64,000 nt of DNA. Origin: Actinomycetes bacterium. Lineage in GTDB: Bacteria; Actinomycetota; Acidimicrobiia; Acidimicrobiales; GCA-2861595. The notes below the pieces were generated by a model. It made no database searches and was not told the DNA's origin. It saw only the letters and a list, made by a program, of their open reading frames with translations. Location: NCBI GenBank assembly GCA_023264975.1, contig JAHFUS010000005.1:10771-74770 (forward strand), given 5' to 3'. Position 1 is the first letter of the stretch. Every line of letters starts with the position of its first letter. A program made the translations under genes and the position numbers. Below are positions 50,579-60,836 of this stretch, piece after piece.

Positions 50579-52307
50579 GACGGACGGGGTCACCGACCCG
50601 ACCATCACGCCAGCGGCCGCCGCCGCCGCCGCCGCCGACGCGCTCGGCCCCGAAGTAGGCCTGCTGGCCGGATTGGAGTCGGCCCTTTCCCCCGAAGCCC
50701 TGAGCCACTTCGGCGTCGCGCTTGCGGCGCACCCCACCAGGGTCGTTGGGCCGACCCGGCGCTTCGGCCTCGCACTGGCGGAGGCCGCGTACGCCACGAC
50801 GGCCCGTTGGTTCGGGGGGTCTCGGCCGGCGCCACTGGAGCCCGAGGCAGGCGACCGCCGCTTCCTCGACCCCGCCTGGCGTGACCACCCGTGGTTCTTC
50901 GGGCTCGAGCAGGGCTATCTGGCGTGGGCCCGCTACATGCACGAGTTGCTCGACGCAGCCGACCTGGAACAAGGTGAGGGCGAGCGGGCCAGGCACAAGC
51001 TTGGACTGGTGGTCGACGGGTTGTCGCCCACCAACTTCCTGGCCACCAACCCGCTCGCCCTGCGTCGCGCCGTCGAGACCAAGGGCGCGTCGGTGGTCGC
51101 CGGCGTGCACAACTTCCTGGACGATCTGGCGACCAACGGTGGGAAGCCGAGGCAGGTCGACGCGTCGAAGTTCCGGGTGGGCGAGAACCTGGCCTGCACG
51201 CCCGGCAAGGTGGTGTTCCGCAACGAGTTGATGGAGCTCATCCAGTACGCGCCCACCACCAAGACGGTGCACACCACCCCGTTGCTCTGCAGCCCGCCGT
51301 GGATCAACAAGTACTACGTCATGGACCTTGCGCCCGGGCGCAGCTTCATCGAGTGGGCCGTGGCCCAGGGCCACACCGTGTTCGCCATCAGCTACGTCAA
51401 CCCTGGCGAGTCGATGCGGGACGTGGCCCTCGACGACTATCTGCTGAAGGGCCCGTACGAGGCGCTCGACGTCATTTCCGAGATCACCGGCACCGACAAG
51501 TTCAACATCGTCGGCCTTTGCCTGGGGGGATCGCTCTCGGTGATGCTCCTCGCCCACCTGGCGGCACACGGCAGGGACCGGGCCCGGTCCGTCACCCTGC
51601 TCAACACGCTGGTCGACTTCAGCGAGCCGGGCCCCATGGGCTGCTTCGTCGACCGCACCTCGGTCGAGCACCTCGAGAAGAAGATGCAGAGCCGGGGCTA
51701 TCTCGACTCGACCGAGATGTCGGGGATGTTCGACGTCCTGCGCTCGCGTGACCTGATCTGGAACTACGTGGTGACCGGGTGGCTGCTGGGCGAGAAGCCG
51801 CCCGCCTTCGACATCCTGGCCTGGAACGCGGACGCCACCCGGATGCCGGCTGACATGCACTCGTTCTATCTGCGCTGCTGCTACGTGGAGAACGAGTTGG
51901 CGCGTGGCGCCATGACGCTGGCCGGCACCCGCCTCGACGTCGGGAAGGTGACGGCCGACGCCTACATCCTCTCTGCCAAGGAGGACCACATCGCGCCGTG
52001 GCGGTCCGCGTACGCCACCACCACGTTGCTGGGCGGCGACAACCGCTTCGTGCTGAGCTCATCCGGCCACGTCGCCGGAATCGTCAACCCTCCGAACTCC
52101 AAGCGGAAGTACTGGACGAACGACACGCTGGCCGAGCAGCCGGACGACTGGCTTGCGGGCGCCGGCGAGCATCAGGGCTCGTGGTGGCAGGACTGGGGGC
52201 CCTGGATCGCCGAGCGCGCCGGCGCCCGCCGGAAGCCGCCCGCCATGGGGAGCACAGCCCATCCCCCGCTCGCCGATGCGCCGGGGGACTACGTCCACCA
52301 GCCCTGA
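50571..52307 (+). CDS. phaC: Class I poly(3-hydroxyalkanoate) synthase PhaC (copy 2)
   Basis: DRRFLDPAW, PPWINKYYVMDLAPGRSFIEW, lipase box GLCLGG, FDILAWNAD and SSSGHVAGIVNPP. Colinear with copy 1 along its whole length. TTG start is provisional. Confidence 0.92.
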   Translation: MAETDGVTDPTITPAAAAAAAADALGPEVGLLAGLESALSPEALSHFGVALAAHPTRVVGPTRRFGLALAEAAYATTARWFGGSRPAPLEPEAGDRRFLDPAWRDHPWFFGLEQGYLAWARYMHELLDAADLEQGEGERARHKLGLVVDGLSPTNFLATNPLALRRAVETKGASVVAGVHNFLDDLATNGGKPRQVDASKFRVGENLACTPGKVVFRNELMELIQYAPTTKTVHTTPLLCSPPWINKYYVMDLAPGRSFIEWAVAQGHTVFAISYVNPGESMRDVALDDYLLKGPYEALDVISEITGTDKFNIVGLCLGGSLSVMLLAHLAAHGRDRARSVTLLNTLVDFSEPGPMGCFVDRTSVEHLEKKMQSRGYLDSTEMSGMFDVLRSRDLIWNYVVTGWLLGEKPPAFDILAWNADATRMPADMHSFYLRCCYVENELARGAMTLAGTRLDVGKVTADAYILSAKEDHIAPWRSAYATTTLLGGDNRFVLSSSGHVAGIVNPPNSKRKYWTNDTLAEQPDDWLAGAGEHQGSWWQDWGPWIAERAGARRKPPAMGSTAHPPLADAPGDYVHQP

Positions 52308-52327
52308 CCTCGTGCCACCATGCGGTG

Positions 52328-52687
52328 ATGGAGGTGACACGGGTGGATCGGTGGCTGTGGGCCGTCCGCCTCTACAAGACCCGTTCCGAGGCGACGGCCG
52401 CCTGCAGGGCCAACCATGTCCGGGTGAACGGTTTGCCGGCGAAACCGGCCTCGTCGGTGCGGGTCGGCGACAGGGTGGAGGCGCGGGCGCAAGGTCGGGA
52501 GCGGGTCCTTGAGGTCGTCGACGTCCTCGACAAGCGGGTGAGCGCGAAGGTGGCGGCCGAGAGCCACGTCGACCACAGCCCGCCGCCCCTGCGCGACGCC
52601 GAGGCGCCGGCGTTCCTCCGTGATCCCGCCGACGGCCGCCCCACCAAGCGCGATCGGCGCCGGCTCGACCGCCTCCGCGGCCGCTGA
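52328..52687 (+). CDS. RNA-binding S4-domain protein (Hsp15-like)
   Basis: VDRWLWAVRLYKTRSEATAACRANHVRVNG..AKP...V..GD.V is the S4 motif. Basic C-terminal tail. Confidence 0.8.
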   Translation: MEVTRVDRWLWAVRLYKTRSEATAACRANHVRVNGLPAKPASSVRVGDRVEARAQGRERVLEVVDVLDKRVSAKVAAESHVDHSPPPLRDAEAPAFLRDPADGRPTKRDRRRLDRLRGR

Positions 52688-52792
52688 CCCGTAGGGTCGT
52701 GGGCCTGCCATGCCGATCCCGACTGGACCACCGACCGCCGACGCCCTCCGGTCGGCCGGAGTGGTCCGTTCCGGTACGGATGGGCTGACCAA

Positions 52793-55333
52793 ATGGGCCG
52801 GGTGGGCTCTCCGGCGACCGGCCCGGGGGGACCGGTGACCACGTTGACCGACCGGATCGGGCCCGGCGCCGTGGCGGACGACGTGTTCGACGTCTTCGTC
52901 TCATGGGCGGACGAGCGCGGCCTCACCCTCTATCCGGCACAGGAGGAGGCGCTCATCGAGATCGTGTCGGGATCCAACGTGATCCTCAGCACCCCGACCG
53001 GCTCGGGCAAGAGCCTGGTGGCGGTGGGTGCCCATCTGGCTGCGCTGGCGGACGGACGGCGCACCTTCTACACGGCGCCCATCAAGGCGCTGGTCTCCGA
53101 GAAGTTCTTCGACCTGTGCGCCACGTTCGGCACCGACAGCGTCGGGATGATGACGGGTGACTCGAGCGTCAACGCCAAGGCCCCGATCATCTGCTGCACG
53201 GCCGAGATCCTGGCCAACATGGCGCTGCGCGACGGGGACGCGTCGACCGTGGGCCAGGTCGTCATGGACGAGTTCCACTTCTACGCGGAGCCCGACCGGG
53301 GCTGGGCCTGGCAAGTGCCGCTCCTCGCCCTGCCCAAGGCCCAGTTCCTCTTGATGTCGGCCACCCTCGGCGACGTGAGCGGGCTGGGAGCCGACCTCAC
53401 CAGGCGCACCGGGCGCCCGACGGCGTTGGTGACCAACACGACGCGGCCCGTGCCGCTGCACTACTCCTTCCGCACCTCGCCGCTGCACGAGACGCTGGAG
53501 GAGCTGCTGGCCACCCAGCAGGCGCCCGTCTACGTGGTGCACTTCACCCAGGCGGCGGCGGTGGAGCGGGCCCAGGCGCTGATGAGCGTGAACGTCTGCA
53601 CCCGTGAGGAGAAGGACGCCATCGCCGAAGTCGTGGCCGGCTTCCGCTTCACCACCGCCTTCGGGCGCACCCTCTCGCGCTACGTGCGCCACGGCATCGG
53701 CGTGCACCACGCCGGCATGCTCCCCAAGTACCGCCGCCTGGTGGAGCGCCTGGCCCAGGCCGGCCTGCTCAAGGTCATCTGCGGCACCGACACCCTCGGC
53801 GTGGGCATCAACGTGCCCATCCGCAGCGTGCTGTTCTGCGCCCTCAGCAAGTACGACGGCGTCAAGGTCCGGTTGCTCAGTGCTCGGGAGTTCCACCAGA
53901 TCGCAGGGCGGGCCGGCCGGGCCGGCTTCGACACGGCCGGTACCGTCGTCGCCCAGGCGCCGGACCACGTGGTGGAGAACGAGCGGTCTCTGGCCAAGGC
54001 GGGCGACGATCCGCGCCTGCGACGCAAGGTGGTCCGCAAGAAGCCGCCCGACGGGTTTGTGTCGTGGGGCCTGCCGACGTTCGAGCGCCTGATGGCGGCC
54101 GCACCCGAGACGATGACGTCGAGCTTCGTCGTGTCGCATTCGATGCTGCTCAACGTGCTCGACCGTCCCGGTGACGGGTGCTCCGCCCTGCGCGCCCTAC
54201 TGGTCGACAACCACGAGAACCGGCCGGCACAACGCCGCCACATCCGCCGCTCCATCGCCATCTTCCGCTCGTTGGTGGCGGCCGGCGTTGTGGAGCGGCT
54301 CGATCAACCCGACCGGGACGGGCGTACCGTGCGGGTCACCGTCGACCTCCAGGCCGACTTCGCCCTCAACCAACCGCTCAGCCCGTTCGCCCTTGCCGCC
54401 TTCGAGCTCCTCGACCGCCAGTCGGAGACCTACGCTCTCGACGTCCTCTCCATCGTGGAGGCCACGCTCGATGACCCGTCGAAGGTGCTCTACGCCCAGG
54501 AGAGCAAGGCCAAAGGTGAGGCCGTCACCGAGATGAAGGCGGCCGGCATCGAGTACGAGGAGCGTATGGCCCGCCTCGAGACGATCTCGTGGCCCAAGCC
54601 CCTGGCCGAGCTTCTGGGTGTGGCGTTCGACGCCTACCGCTCCGGCCACCCGTGGGTCGCCGACCACGCCCTGTCGCCCAAGTCGGTGGCCCGCGACCTG
54701 TACGAGCGGGCCATGACCTTCAACGACTTCACTGGCTACTACCAGCTGGCCCGGTCGGAGGGCGTGGTGCTGCGGTACCTGAGCGACGCCTTCAGGGCGC
54801 TGAACCAGACGGTGCCGGAGGGTGCCAAGACCGAGGAGCTGTACGACCTCACGGAGTGGCTCGGCACCCTTGTGCGCCAGGTGGACAGCTCGCTGCTCGA
54901 CGAATGGGAGCAGCTCCGCCACCCGGAGGCGGCCGTGCCCGGTGCGGCGCTGGACGACACCCCTCCGGCGGTGACGGCCAATCGGCGCGCCTTCGGTGTC
55001 CTGGTGCGCAACGCCATGTTCCGACGGGTGGAGCTGGCCGCCCTGCGCCGGTATACGGCGCTCGCCGAGATCGACACCGACTGGAGCGCGAGTCAATGGG
55101 AGGAGGCCATGGCTCCCTACTTCGCCGAGCACCCGTCGATCGGCACCGGGCAGGCGGCCCGTTCGAGCGCTCTGGTACAGGTGGTCGAGAGCGCGGAGCG
55201 GTGGGAGGTGCGCCAGGTCCTCGACGATCCCTCCGGGTTCCACGAGTGGGCCATGGTCGCCACAGTCGACCTGGCCGCCAGCGTGGAGGCGGGCGAGGCG
55301 GTGGTGCGCCCCACCGGGGTCGAGCGCCTGTAG
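52793..55333 (+). CDS. DEAD/DEAH-box (Ski2-like) helicase with a long C-terminal domain (DUF3516-like)
   Basis: Motif I STPTGSGKS, motif II MDEFH, SAT, HHAGMLP, TDTLGVGINVP and QIAGRAGRAG. Start is ATG 52793 or GTG 52835. Confidence 0.9.
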   Translation: MGRVGSPATGPGGPVTTLTDRIGPGAVADDVFDVFVSWADERGLTLYPAQEEALIEIVSGSNVILSTPTGSGKSLVAVGAHLAALADGRRTFYTAPIKALVSEKFFDLCATFGTDSVGMMTGDSSVNAKAPIICCTAEILANMALRDGDASTVGQVVMDEFHFYAEPDRGWAWQVPLLALPKAQFLLMSATLGDVSGLGADLTRRTGRPTALVTNTTRPVPLHYSFRTSPLHETLEELLATQQAPVYVVHFTQAAAVERAQALMSVNVCTREEKDAIAEVVAGFRFTTAFGRTLSRYVRHGIGVHHAGMLPKYRRLVERLAQAGLLKVICGTDTLGVGINVPIRSVLFCALSKYDGVKVRLLSAREFHQIAGRAGRAGFDTAGTVVAQAPDHVVENERSLAKAGDDPRLRRKVVRKKPPDGFVSWGLPTFERLMAAAPETMTSSFVVSHSMLLNVLDRPGDGCSALRALLVDNHENRPAQRRHIRRSIAIFRSLVAAGVVERLDQPDRDGRTVRVTVDLQADFALNQPLSPFALAAFELLDRQSETYALDVLSIVEATLDDPSKVLYAQESKAKGEAVTEMKAAGIEYEERMARLETISWPKPLAELLGVAFDAYRSGHPWVADHALSPKSVARDLYERAMTFNDFTGYYQLARSEGVVLRYLSDAFRALNQTVPEGAKTEELYDLTEWLGTLVRQVDSSLLDEWEQLRHPEAAVPGAALDDTPPAVTANRRAFGVLVRNAMFRRVELAALRRYTALAEIDTDWSASQWEEAMAPYFAEHPSIGTGQAARSSALVQVVESAERWEVRQVLDDPSGFHEWAMVATVDLAASVEAGEAVVRPTGVERL

Positions 55334-55462
55334 CGAGCTGGCCGGCGGGCGGCTGTTCGTGGCGCCGGCCGCCAGTGCGCACTCAACTCACGCGCTTGAC
55401 ACATGGGGACCGGCGGCCCGACCTGTAAGACTTGGGTCCTGGAGTCGAGGGGAGCGTGTGAC

Positions 55463-55975
55463 GTGAGGCTGAAGATGCTGGCGATGCTGATGGCGGCTAT
55501 GGGAGTGCTGGGCGCGTGCGGCGACGACAAGCCGTCCACCACGGCGACGGCAGGCAAGACGACAACTCCGAAGGGGTCGAGTGGCACCGGCATCGATGAT
55601 GTGACCAAATCCGTCGGTGCCTTCGGATCGGCGGAGTGCAGGAAGGCGGCGGGGGCCCTCGCCGCCGTGGCCGGCGCGATGCCGCAGGCGCTCACCGGCG
55701 GCAAGGCGGACGTGGGTGGCTCCATCGCCGAACTCGAGGCTTTCGCCAAGGGTGCCCCGTCGGATATCAGGCCCTCCATCGAGGTGCTGGCGACGGGCTA
55801 TTCGGAGATCGCCGCCGCCCTCAAGGATGCGGACTACGACCCCTCCAGTGGGAAGGCGCCGTCGGAGGAAACGCTGAAGAAGCTCCAGGCGGCGAGCGAG
55901 CGACTCGATGGGACGGAGTTCCAGGAAGCGGCCGAGCGAGTGAACGCGTGGTTCACCAAGGAGTGCGGGAAGTAA
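55463..55975 (+). CDS. Lipoprotein of unknown function
   Basis: GAGGGGAG RBS. VRLKMLAMLMAAMGVLGAC-GDD signal plus lipobox. Helical remainder. Confidence 0.7.
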   Translation: MRLKMLAMLMAAMGVLGACGDDKPSTTATAGKTTTPKGSSGTGIDDVTKSVGAFGSAECRKAAGALAAVAGAMPQALTGGKADVGGSIAELEAFAKGAPSDIRPSIEVLATGYSEIAAALKDADYDPSSGKAPSEETLKKLQAASERLDGTEFQEAAERVNAWFTKECGK

Positions 55976-56057
55976 CCCCCGCGCCGGCCTGCTGGCCGCC
56001 ATGGTGTGACGTCGCAGGGCGCGTACGCCGAGTCGGCCATGCGGTGCGCCGCTCGTT

Positions 56058-56095
56058 CCATCTACCGCTGCGCCACCCATCTACCGCTGCGCCAC
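56058..56095. repeat. Perfect 19-bp tandem duplication spanning the stop codon of the ramB-like gene
   Basis: ccatctaccgctgcgccac repeated twice without a gap (56058-56076 and 56077-56095). The second copy encodes the last codons ..VAQR* on the minus strand. Confidence 0.9.
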
Positions 56096-57526
56096 CGCCG
56101 GCGTCTGGCGCTCGAGGAAGTCGTAGACCTGGCTGACCTCCACGCCGGTGAACGACTCCGCCGGGAAGGTGGCGAGGATGTGCCCGTCGGCGCGGGCCAG
56201 CGGCCACGCCTGGCCCCGCCAGCGTGCGGCGAGCGCCTCGGGCGGGCGCCGGCAGCACTCGCCGTCGGGGCAGCGCGACACGGCCCGGTTGGTGGTCTCG
56301 TGGCCCCGGAACCAGCGGGCCTCCTTGGCCGTGGCGCCGATGGTGACCGCCGCCCGCCGCTCGACCTCCACCTGGGTGACGCACCAGTACTCTCCGGCCG
56401 GCGACGTCGTGTACTGGGCGTGCTCCGAGAACTGGTCGTGGGAGCTGAAGGCCTGGCGGGTGCCCCACATGCGGCACGCCCGCTGACCCTCGATGGCGCC
56501 GTCAGCGTCGGTCGGGAACGGCATGCCGTTGTTCTCGTAGGCCTTCCAGATGACGCCGTCCTCGTCGGCCCGCAGGAAGTGCACGGGCAGGTCGAGGTGG
56601 CGGGTGACCAGGTTGGTGAGGCGGTGGGCGGCCATCTCGTAGGAGATGTAGAAGACCTGCTTCAGGTCCTCCACCGACAGGTCGCGCCGGGCCTTGGCCC
56701 GCGACAGGAGCTCGACGGCGGGCCGCTCCGGCGCCAGCACGGCGCCCGCGAAGTAGTTCGCCTCCACCTGCTGGCGGAGGAAGTCCTCGAAGCTCCGGGC
56801 GTCGGTGTGGCCGAGAGCGAAGTGGCCGAGCGTCTGCAGCACCACCGAGCGCGCCGCTCGGGTGGGGAGGGCGTTGCGCTGGTGGATGTACAGCCGGCGG
56901 TGGCGCAGGTCGGTGACGGCCCGGGCCGACACTGGCAGGTCCTGCACCCGGTGGAGGCTGAAGCCGTAATGGGCCACCAGGTCGGTGAGCATCCGCTCGG
57001 CCACCGCTCCGCTGCCCTCGTAGCCCACGGCCTCCAGGGCGGCGGCGGCCTCCTGCTCGATCTCGGGGAAGTAGTTGTCCCGGCCCCGCATCTCGGCGCG
57101 TAGCTCGACGTTGGCCCTACGGGCCGCCTCGGGCGTGGACGTCTGCACCTGGGCCCGCCGGCGCAGGGCCTCGTACAGACCCACCACGTGCTCGAGGACG
57201 TTGTCCGGCAGGCCCGCGGCCGGCTTCAGCCACGGGAGGCCGAGCCCGCGGTAGAGGGGATCGTCCTGGGCGCGCTGCAGAGTCATCTCCAGCGAGGCGC
57301 GGCGATTGGGCGGTTCGCCCGACAAGAGGTCGGCGGGGGCCACGTCGAGCGCGCCCGCCAGCGCCTCGATGAGCGAGAGGCGGGGCTCCTTTCGCCCATT
57401 CTCCACAAGGGAGAGAAATGGCGCCGGCTTCCCAACCCGCGTCCCCAGTGCTTCGAGGGTGAGGCCGCGCTCACGGCGGAGGTGGCGGAGGCGCTGGCCG
57501 AACAGGAGCGTGTCGAGCTGAGGCAT
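56081..57526 (-). CDS. ramB: RamB/PrpR-like short-chain fatty-acyl-CoA regulator (XRE HTH, ImmA/IrrE-like domain, Cys-rich C-terminal domain)
   Basis: [43 protein letters not shown]. Central LGHFALGH-type region. Divergent from aceB-aceA, as in mycobacteria and corynebacteria. Confidence 0.85.
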   Translation of the reverse strand: MPQLDTLLFGQRLRHLRRERGLTLEALGTRVGKPAPFLSLVENGRKEPRLSLIEALAGALDVAPADLLSGEPPNRRASLEMTLQRAQDDPLYRGLGLPWLKPAAGLPDNVLEHVVGLYEALRRRAQVQTSTPEAARRANVELRAEMRGRDNYFPEIEQEAAAALEAVGYEGSGAVAERMLTDLVAHYGFSLHRVQDLPVSARAVTDLRHRRLYIHQRNALPTRAARSVVLQTLGHFALGHTDARSFEDFLRQQVEANYFAGAVLAPERPAVELLSRAKARRDLSVEDLKQVFYISYEMAAHRLTNLVTRHLDLPVHFLRADEDGVIWKAYENNGMPFPTDADGAIEGQRACRMWGTRQAFSSHDQFSEHAQYTTSPAGEYWCVTQVEVERRAAVTIGATAKEARWFRGHETTNRAVSRCPDGECCRRPPEALAARWRGQAWPLARADGHILATFPAESFTGVEVSQVYDFLERQTPAVAQR

Positions 57527-57645
57527 GGGAAAGTTCCCGTTTCTACGGTGGTTTCCGCAAATTTACCCAAAGTTATCGCACAACAAGGCTTGCATCGAGG
57601 GCAATCAAAACAAACACTGATTCTGCGACAACAGAGGAGGCCGAA

Positions 57646-59229
57646 TTGGCGGCGGAGGACGGGATAGCAATCCCAGGCGGAAGTCCCGACCCGGAGGTGC
57701 TCAGCCCGGAGGCGGTGGCCTTCGTGGCCCGCCTCCACCGGACTTTCGCCGGCCGGCGCCGCGGCCTCCTGGCGGCCCGGGCGGAGCGCCAGTCGCGCAT
57801 CGATGCGGGCGAGCGTCCCGACTTCGCCGCCGGCGGTGTGCGCGAGCGGGAGTGGGCCGTGGCGCCGGTCCCCAAGGACCTGGCCGACCGGCGGGTCGAG
57901 ATCACCGGGCCGACCGACCGCAAGATGATGATCAACGCCCTGAACTCCGGCGCCGCCGTCTTCATGGCCGACTTCGAGGACTCCCTGGCGCCCACGTGGG
58001 AGAACGTGGTGCTGGGGCAGCGCAACCTCCACGACGCGGTGAGGCGCACGATCGCGTTCGACGGCCCTGACGGCCGCCGCTACGAGCTGGGCGACGACGT
58101 GGCCACCCTCATGGTGCGGCCCCGGGGCTGGCACCTGGTGGAGAAGCACCTGCGCGTCGACGGCGAGGCCGTGTCGGCGTCCCTGTTCGACTTCGGCCTC
58201 GCCTTCTTCCACAACGCCCGGGCCCTGCTCGACCTCGGCTCGGGCCCGTACTTCTACCTGCCCAAGCTCGAGAACCGGAGCGAGGCGGCGTTGTGGAACG
58301 ACGTGTTCCTGGCCGCCCAGGAGGACCTGGGACTGGCGCCCGGCACTATCAAGGCCACCGTGCTGCTGGAGACGGTGCTTGCGGCCTTCGAGATCGACGA
58401 GATCCTTTACGAGCTGCGGGAGCACTCGGCGGGCATGAACGCCGGCCGGTGGGACTACATCTTCAGCGTCATCAAGAAGTTCCGCGCCTCGCCCGACTTC
58501 GTCCTGCCGGACCGCTCGCTGGTCTCGATGACCGTCCCGTTCATGCGGGCCTACACCGAGCTGCTCGTGCAGTCCTGCCACAGGCGGGGGGCGCACGCCA
58601 TCGGTGGCATGGCCGCCTTCATCCCCAACCGCCGCGACCCCGATGTCACCGGCACCGCGCTGGCCAGGGTCCGCGAGGACAAGCTGCGGGAGTCGGCTGA
58701 CGGCTTCGACGGCACGTGGGTGGCCCACCCCGACCTGGTGGCCGTCGCCATGGACGTCTTCGACGGCGTGCTGGGCGACCGGCCCAACCAGCTGGACCGG
58801 CTGCGGGAGGACGTGGCGGTGACGGCCTCCGACCTCCTCGCGGTCGGCCTCACGGAGGGAGCGGTGACCGAGGAGGGCGTGCGGGCCGACGTCGGCATCG
58901 GCATCCGCTACCTCGAGTCGTGGCTCCAGGGGGCTGGCGCGGCGGCCATCTACAACCTCATGGAGGACGCGGCCACGGCAGAGATCTGCCGGGCCCAGAT
59001 CTGGCAGTGGCAGCGCCACGGCGTGGCCCTCGACGATGGGCGTGTCGTAACGCCCGAGCTGGTGACCGGCATCGTCAACGACGAGATGACCCGGCTGCGC
59101 GATGCCCTCGGTGCGGCCAGATTCGACGGCGGCCGCTTCGGCGATGCCCGCCGCCTTTTCGAACGGGTGGCCCTCGATGACGGCTTCCCCGAGTTCCTGA
59201 CTCTTCCCGCCTATGAGGTGCTCGATTGA
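57646..59229 (+). CDS. aceB: Malate synthase A
   Basis: AGAGGAGG RBS and TTG start. [35 protein letters not shown] and [10 protein letters not shown]. 527 aa, which is A-type length. Confidence 0.94.
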   Translation: MAAEDGIAIPGGSPDPEVLSPEAVAFVARLHRTFAGRRRGLLAARAERQSRIDAGERPDFAAGGVREREWAVAPVPKDLADRRVEITGPTDRKMMINALNSGAAVFMADFEDSLAPTWENVVLGQRNLHDAVRRTIAFDGPDGRRYELGDDVATLMVRPRGWHLVEKHLRVDGEAVSASLFDFGLAFFHNARALLDLGSGPYFYLPKLENRSEAALWNDVFLAAQEDLGLAPGTIKATVLLETVLAAFEIDEILYELREHSAGMNAGRWDYIFSVIKKFRASPDFVLPDRSLVSMTVPFMRAYTELLVQSCHRRGAHAIGGMAAFIPNRRDPDVTGTALARVREDKLRESADGFDGTWVAHPDLVAVAMDVFDGVLGDRPNQLDRLREDVAVTASDLLAVGLTEGAVTEEGVRADVGIGIRYLESWLQGAGAAAIYNLMEDAATAEICRAQIWQWQRHGVALDDGRVVTPELVTGIVNDEMTRLRDALGAARFDGGRFGDARRLFERVALDDGFPEFLTLPAYEVLD

Positions 59230-59277
59230 CATGTGGGCCCCGGAGGAGCGCGGTTACCAACCCAGCGGAGGACGAAA

Positions 59278-60636
59278 GTGACCAGCGACGACAGCGGAAT
59301 TGGCAGCGCCGGAGGCAACGGCAATGGCAACGGCAACGGCAACGGCAACCAGGGTTGGCACACCTCTGATCTCGAGAACGACTGGCGGGGCAACCCCCGC
59401 TGGATCGGCGTGCGGCGCGACTACACCGGCGCCGACGTCGTGCGTCTCCGCGGGTCCTTCCGGGCCGACCACCGCCAGGCGACGCTGAGCGCCAAGCGGC
59501 TGTGGCGCCTGCTGCACCAGCGGAACTACGTGCACGCACTCGGGGCCATGACCGGCGGCCAGGCCGTGCAGATGGTGCGGGCCGGCCTCGAGGCGATCTA
59601 TGTGAGCGGGTGGCAGGCGGCGGCCGACGCCAACCTGTCCGAGCAGGTCTATCCCGACCAGAGCCTGTACCCCGCCAACAGCGTCCCGTCCCTCGTGCGC
59701 CGCATCAACAACGCGCTGCTGCGGGCAGATCAGGTGGAGTGGTCCGAGGGTGAGGTGAGCCGGCATTGGCTGGCGCCGGTGGTAGCCGACGCCGAGGCCG
59801 GATTCGGCGGTCCGCTGAACGCTTATGAGCTCATGCGCTCGATGATCGAGGCCGGCGCCGCCGGCGTGCACTTCGAGGACCAGCTGGCGTCGGAGAAGAA
59901 GTGCGGGCACATGGGGGGCAAGGTGCTCATCCCCACCGCCCAGCATGTCCGAACCTTGATCTCGGCCCGCCTGGCGGCCGACGTCCTCGGCGTGCCCACC
60001 GTCATCGTGGCCCGCACCGACTCACTCGGCGCCTCCCTTGTCACCAGCGACGTCGATCCCCGAGACCACCCGTTCCTCACCGGCGGCCGCACGGCCGAGG
60101 GGTACTTCCACACCCGGCCGTGCAACGAGGCGGCCATCGCCCGGGGCCTGGCCTACGCGCCCTACTCGGACGCACTGTGGTGCGAGACCTCCATGCCCGA
60201 CCTCGACCAGGCGCGCCGATTCGCCGAGGCGATCCACGCCGAGTTCCCCGACAAGCTGCTCGCCTACAACTGCTCGCCGTCGTTCAACTGGAAGCGCCAC
60301 CTCGACGACGACACCATCGCCCGCTTCCAGAAGGAGCTGGGGGCGATGGGCTACCGCTTCCAGTTCATCACCCTCGCCGGCTTCCACGCCCTCAACGCCG
60401 CCATGTTCGAGCTGGCCTCGGAGTACGCGACCAAGGACATGACCGCCTACGTCGCCCTCCAGGAGCGGGAGTTCGAGCTGGAGGCCTCCGGCTACACCGC
60501 CACACGCCACCAGCGCGAAGTGGGCGCCGGCTACTTCGACGAGGTGGCCAAGGTCATCTCCGGCCGCGAGGCGGCGACGCTGGCCATGGTCGGATCCACC
60601 GAGGAGGCCCAATTCGAACAGGAGGGCACCGGCTGA
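59278..60636 (+). CDS. aceA: Isocitrate lyase
   Basis: [24 protein letters not shown], signature KKCGHMGGK, and C-terminal [10 protein letters not shown]. Has an N-terminal (GN)6 low-complexity insertion. Confidence 0.94.
   Translation: MTSDDSGIGSAGGNGNGNGNGNGNQGWHTSDLENDWRGNPRWIGVRRDYTGADVVRLRGSFRADHRQATLSAKRLWRLLHQRNYVHALGAMTGGQAVQMVRAGLEAIYVSGWQAAADANLSEQVYPDQSLYPANSVPSLVRRINNALLRADQVEWSEGEVSRHWLAPVVADAEAGFGGPLNAYELMRSMIEAGAAGVHFEDQLASEKKCGHMGGKVLIPTAQHVRTLISARLAADVLGVPTVIVARTDSLGASLVTSDVDPRDHPFLTGGRTAEGYFHTRPCNEAAIARGLAYAPYSDALWCETSMPDLDQARRFAEAIHAEFPDKLLAYNCSPSFNWKRHLDDDTIARFQKELGAMGYRFQFITLAGFHALNAAMFELASEYATKDMTAYVALQEREFELEASGYTATRHQREVGAGYFDEVAKVISGREAATLAMVGSTEEAQFEQEGTG
59314..59349 (+). 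repeat. Hexanucleotide microsatellite (GGCAAY)x6 inside the aceA 5' end
   Basis: ggcaac ggcaat ggcaac ggcaac ggcaac ggcaac, in frame, encoding GNGNGNGNGNGN. Confidence 0.95.
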
Positions 60637-60836
60637 TCATCCGAAGGGTGGGCGGGTGACCAACGGCGTGAGCAGTCGGCACTCGTGGTGGAGGGGCTCC
60701 TCGTCAGCTTCGTGCCCGAGGTCGGGCGCTGGCTTCCCGGTGGCGCCGTCCCCGCTCTCACCGGCGTGGCGACGGGGCTGGGAGGTCGTCGCCCTGCCGG
60801 CGATGCGCCCGCCGACCTCGGGCGGGGGGTCACCGG

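Noticed and set aside
59211-59393. Minus-strand ORF encoding [12 protein letters not shown], and the idea that the GGCAAC repeat could be a CRISPR-like or regulatory array
   Set aside because: It is simply the antisense reading of the in-frame (GN)6 microsatellite inside aceA. There are no spacers and no repeat-spacer architecture. No CRISPR array exists anywhere in the window.
60637-60836. About 200 nt between the aceA stop and the vapC stop, with GC3-rich frames on both strands (for example 60685..60918 +, and the tail of 60637..61062 -)
   Set aside because: Several mutually exclusive frames all show high GC3, as expected by chance at this GC content. No start codon has an SD, the products are Arg/Gly/Pro-rich, and the candidates overlap vapC. 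The evidence is not sufficient to call a gene.
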